DNA of 46,444 nt, taken from assembly GCA_015056475.1 (NCBI GenBank), contig SVGF01000002.1:1-46444 (forward strand), written 5' to 3'. Origin of the DNA: Clostridiales bacterium (GTDB lineage: Bacteria; Bacillota; Clostridia; HGM11327). Of this stretch, positions 44,977 through 46,444 are shown piece after piece. The notes under the pieces are model-generated. The model did no database searches. It had not been told where the DNA came from and worked only from the letters and a program-made list of their open reading frames with translations. Every line of letters begins with the position of its first letter. The stretch's first letter is position 1. The translations under genes and the position numbers were made by a program.

Positions 44977-46248
44977 ATGGATCAGGTGCTGGAAAATAAA
45001 TTTATATCTATTATGGCAGAGGAGCTCATTCCCGCAATGGGTTGCACAGAGCCCATCGCGCTCGCTTATGCGGCGTCAAGAGCAATGTGTGAGCTTGGCG
45101 GCGAGCCTCAAAGGATAGTTGCCCGTTGCAGCGGTAATATGATAAAAAACGTCAGATGCGTTTCCATCCCCAATTCAAACGGAATGATAGGTATCGAGGC
45201 GGCTGTAGTGCTTGGCGCCTTTGGCGGTGACTACACAAGGGGCATGGAGGTGCTTGACTCCGTTGTGCCGCGCGCAATTTCAAAGACCGAGGCTTTCTTA
45301 AAGGATGAAAAATGTAAGGTAGAATATCTTGATTCGGACATCCCACTTCATTTTATAATCGAAATAACCGATGGCGTTGACACCGTTTCGGTCGAGGTTA
45401 GAAATTCCCACATGAACATTGTGTCCATCATCAAAAACGGACAGTGCCTTTGCAAGAACGATTGCGACGATTATTCGCAGACCGAAAACGACAGAGCTCT
45501 TTTGAGCATAGAAACGATAAAACAATTTGCGGACGAGGTTGACGTATCAAAGATCAAAAAGCTAATCGATAAGCAGATACGCTACAATATGGACATAGCT
45601 TACGAGGGTATTTCAGCGGATTACGGCTTGAATATTGGCAAAATGATACGTGAGTGCTACCCCGACGGCGTTGTAACAAGAATGAAGGCTTATGCGGCAT
45701 CTGCATCCGAAGCAAGAATGAGTGGTTGCGATATGCCTGTTATAATCAATTCGGGTAGCGGTAATCAGGGTATTGCTTCAACAGTCCCCGTAATAGTGTA
45801 CGCCAGAGAAAATAATATTCCGCAGGAAAAGCTCTACAGAGCGCTTGCATTCTCATCATTGTTGACAACTCATCAAAAGGATTACATAGGTAAGCTTTCT
45901 GCATTCTGCGGCGCGGTGTCCGCATCCTGCGCGGCTTGTGCGGCGGTAACGTATATCGCAGGCGGCACGGTTGAGCAGATAAAAGCAACTATAGATAATA
46001 CCCTCGCAAATATCCCGGGCATCATTTGTGACGGTGCAAAGATATCCTGCGCGGCAAAGATCGCAACGAGCATCGATGCGGGCATGATGGCTCATTTCCT
46101 TGCAATGAACGGCAAGGCGTATAAATCGTTCACGGGTATATTGAAGGACGAAGCTGATGAAACCATCAGCTGTGTAGGTCATATCGGTAAGGTGGGTATG
46201 CGCGAAACCGACAGAGAGATCGTAAGACTTATGTTGGGTGAAAAATAA
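44977..46248 (+). CDS. UPF0597/YhaM-like protein (serine-dehydratase-alpha-like fold; L-cysteine desulfidase family)
   Basis: ...ELIPAMGCTEPIALAYAASRA... and ...INSGSGNQGI... motifs typical of this family; 423 aa. A promoter, TTGCAA-17-TATAAT, lies at about 44912-44940. Confidence 0.7.
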   Translation: MDQVLENKFISIMAEELIPAMGCTEPIALAYAASRAMCELGGEPQRIVARCSGNMIKNVRCVSIPNSNGMIGIEAAVVLGAFGGDYTRGMEVLDSVVPRAISKTEAFLKDEKCKVEYLDSDIPLHFIIEITDGVDTVSVEVRNSHMNIVSIIKNGQCLCKNDCDDYSQTENDRALLSIETIKQFADEVDVSKIKKLIDKQIRYNMDIAYEGISADYGLNIGKMIRECYPDGVVTRMKAYAASASEARMSGCDMPVIINSGSGNQGIASTVPVIVYARENNIPQEKLYRALAFSSLLTTHQKDYIGKLSAFCGAVSASCAACAAVTYIAGGTVEQIKATIDNTLANIPGIICDGAKISCAAKIATSIDAGMMAHFLAMNGKAYKSFTGILKDEADETISCVGHIGKVGMRETDREIVRLMLGEK

Positions 46249-46444
46249 ACGGATCGCCTCTGCGGATTCTGCGCATTCATCCGACAAAACGACGTTTGCT
46301 TTGTAGGGGTCGACGCTCTCGGCGCCCCATTCTATCCGGACCTAATTTCACCGTAAATCCTCATTATCCATAAACAACCCTTGGCTCCACCTGACGGGGG
46401 AGCTGGCGCCGTAGGCGACTGAGGGAGAGAATACACCACCCGTA

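Noticed and set aside
1-46444. Prophage, IS element, integrative element, CRISPR-Cas, restriction-modification or a known defence system
   Set aside because: I found no integrase, transposase, recombinase, Cas, methyltransferase/endonuclease pair, toxin-antitoxin pair with a recognisable toxin, or terminal inverted/direct repeats bounding a segment. The only mobile-element-like hints are the RHH remnant near 39.2-39.6 kb and the repeat-like DNA at the right edge.

Overview
This 46.4 kb window looks like a low-GC Gram-positive chromosome, probably Clostridia of the Oscillospiraceae or Ruminococcaceae type. That placement is inferred from AGGAGG ribosome-binding sites, TTGACA-17-TATAAT promoters and gene order. 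All family assignments come from motif recognition by eye; no database search was run.

Most of the window is core housekeeping:
- thrC
- tsaC/sua5, a YbaK-like editing protein, an M19 dipeptidase, coaX and an ECF S-component
- the conserved rpsO-pnp-deacetylase-M16 peptidase block
- rlmH
- the rpmG-secE-nusG-rplK-rplA-rplJ-rplL cluster with an L10 leader
- ald and a UPF0597/cysteine-desulfidase-like gene

Accessory content:
- an edge-truncated GH78-like gene
- three tandem paralogs of an unrecognised cytoplasmic TIM-barrel-like glycosidase candidate
- an AraC/DMT-transporter/oxidoreductase locus
- a metal-homeostasis neighbourhood: feoA-feoB-Cys-rich peptide, a ferritin-like-VIT1 fusion and a DtxR/MntR regulator
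- a short orphan glycyl-radical enzyme and its activase, embedded in that neighbourhood
- a 716-aa fusion of metallophosphoesterase, xylose-isomerase-like TIM barrel and PHP domains
- a secreted, membrane-anchored amidase with a Pro/Thr tandem-repeat linker
- a tiny P-loop protein preceded by three tandem GTTGCAAC palindromes

I saw no rRNA, tRNA, CRISPR array, transposase, integrase or recognisable defence system, and I cannot claim a convincing new multi-gene system. The best candidates for new biology, in order:
1. the orphan glycyl-radical enzyme pair, with a double palindrome over its promoter
2. the tri-domain fusion
3. the triplicated glycosidase-like genes
4. the candidate metalloregulator dyads at feoA and feoB
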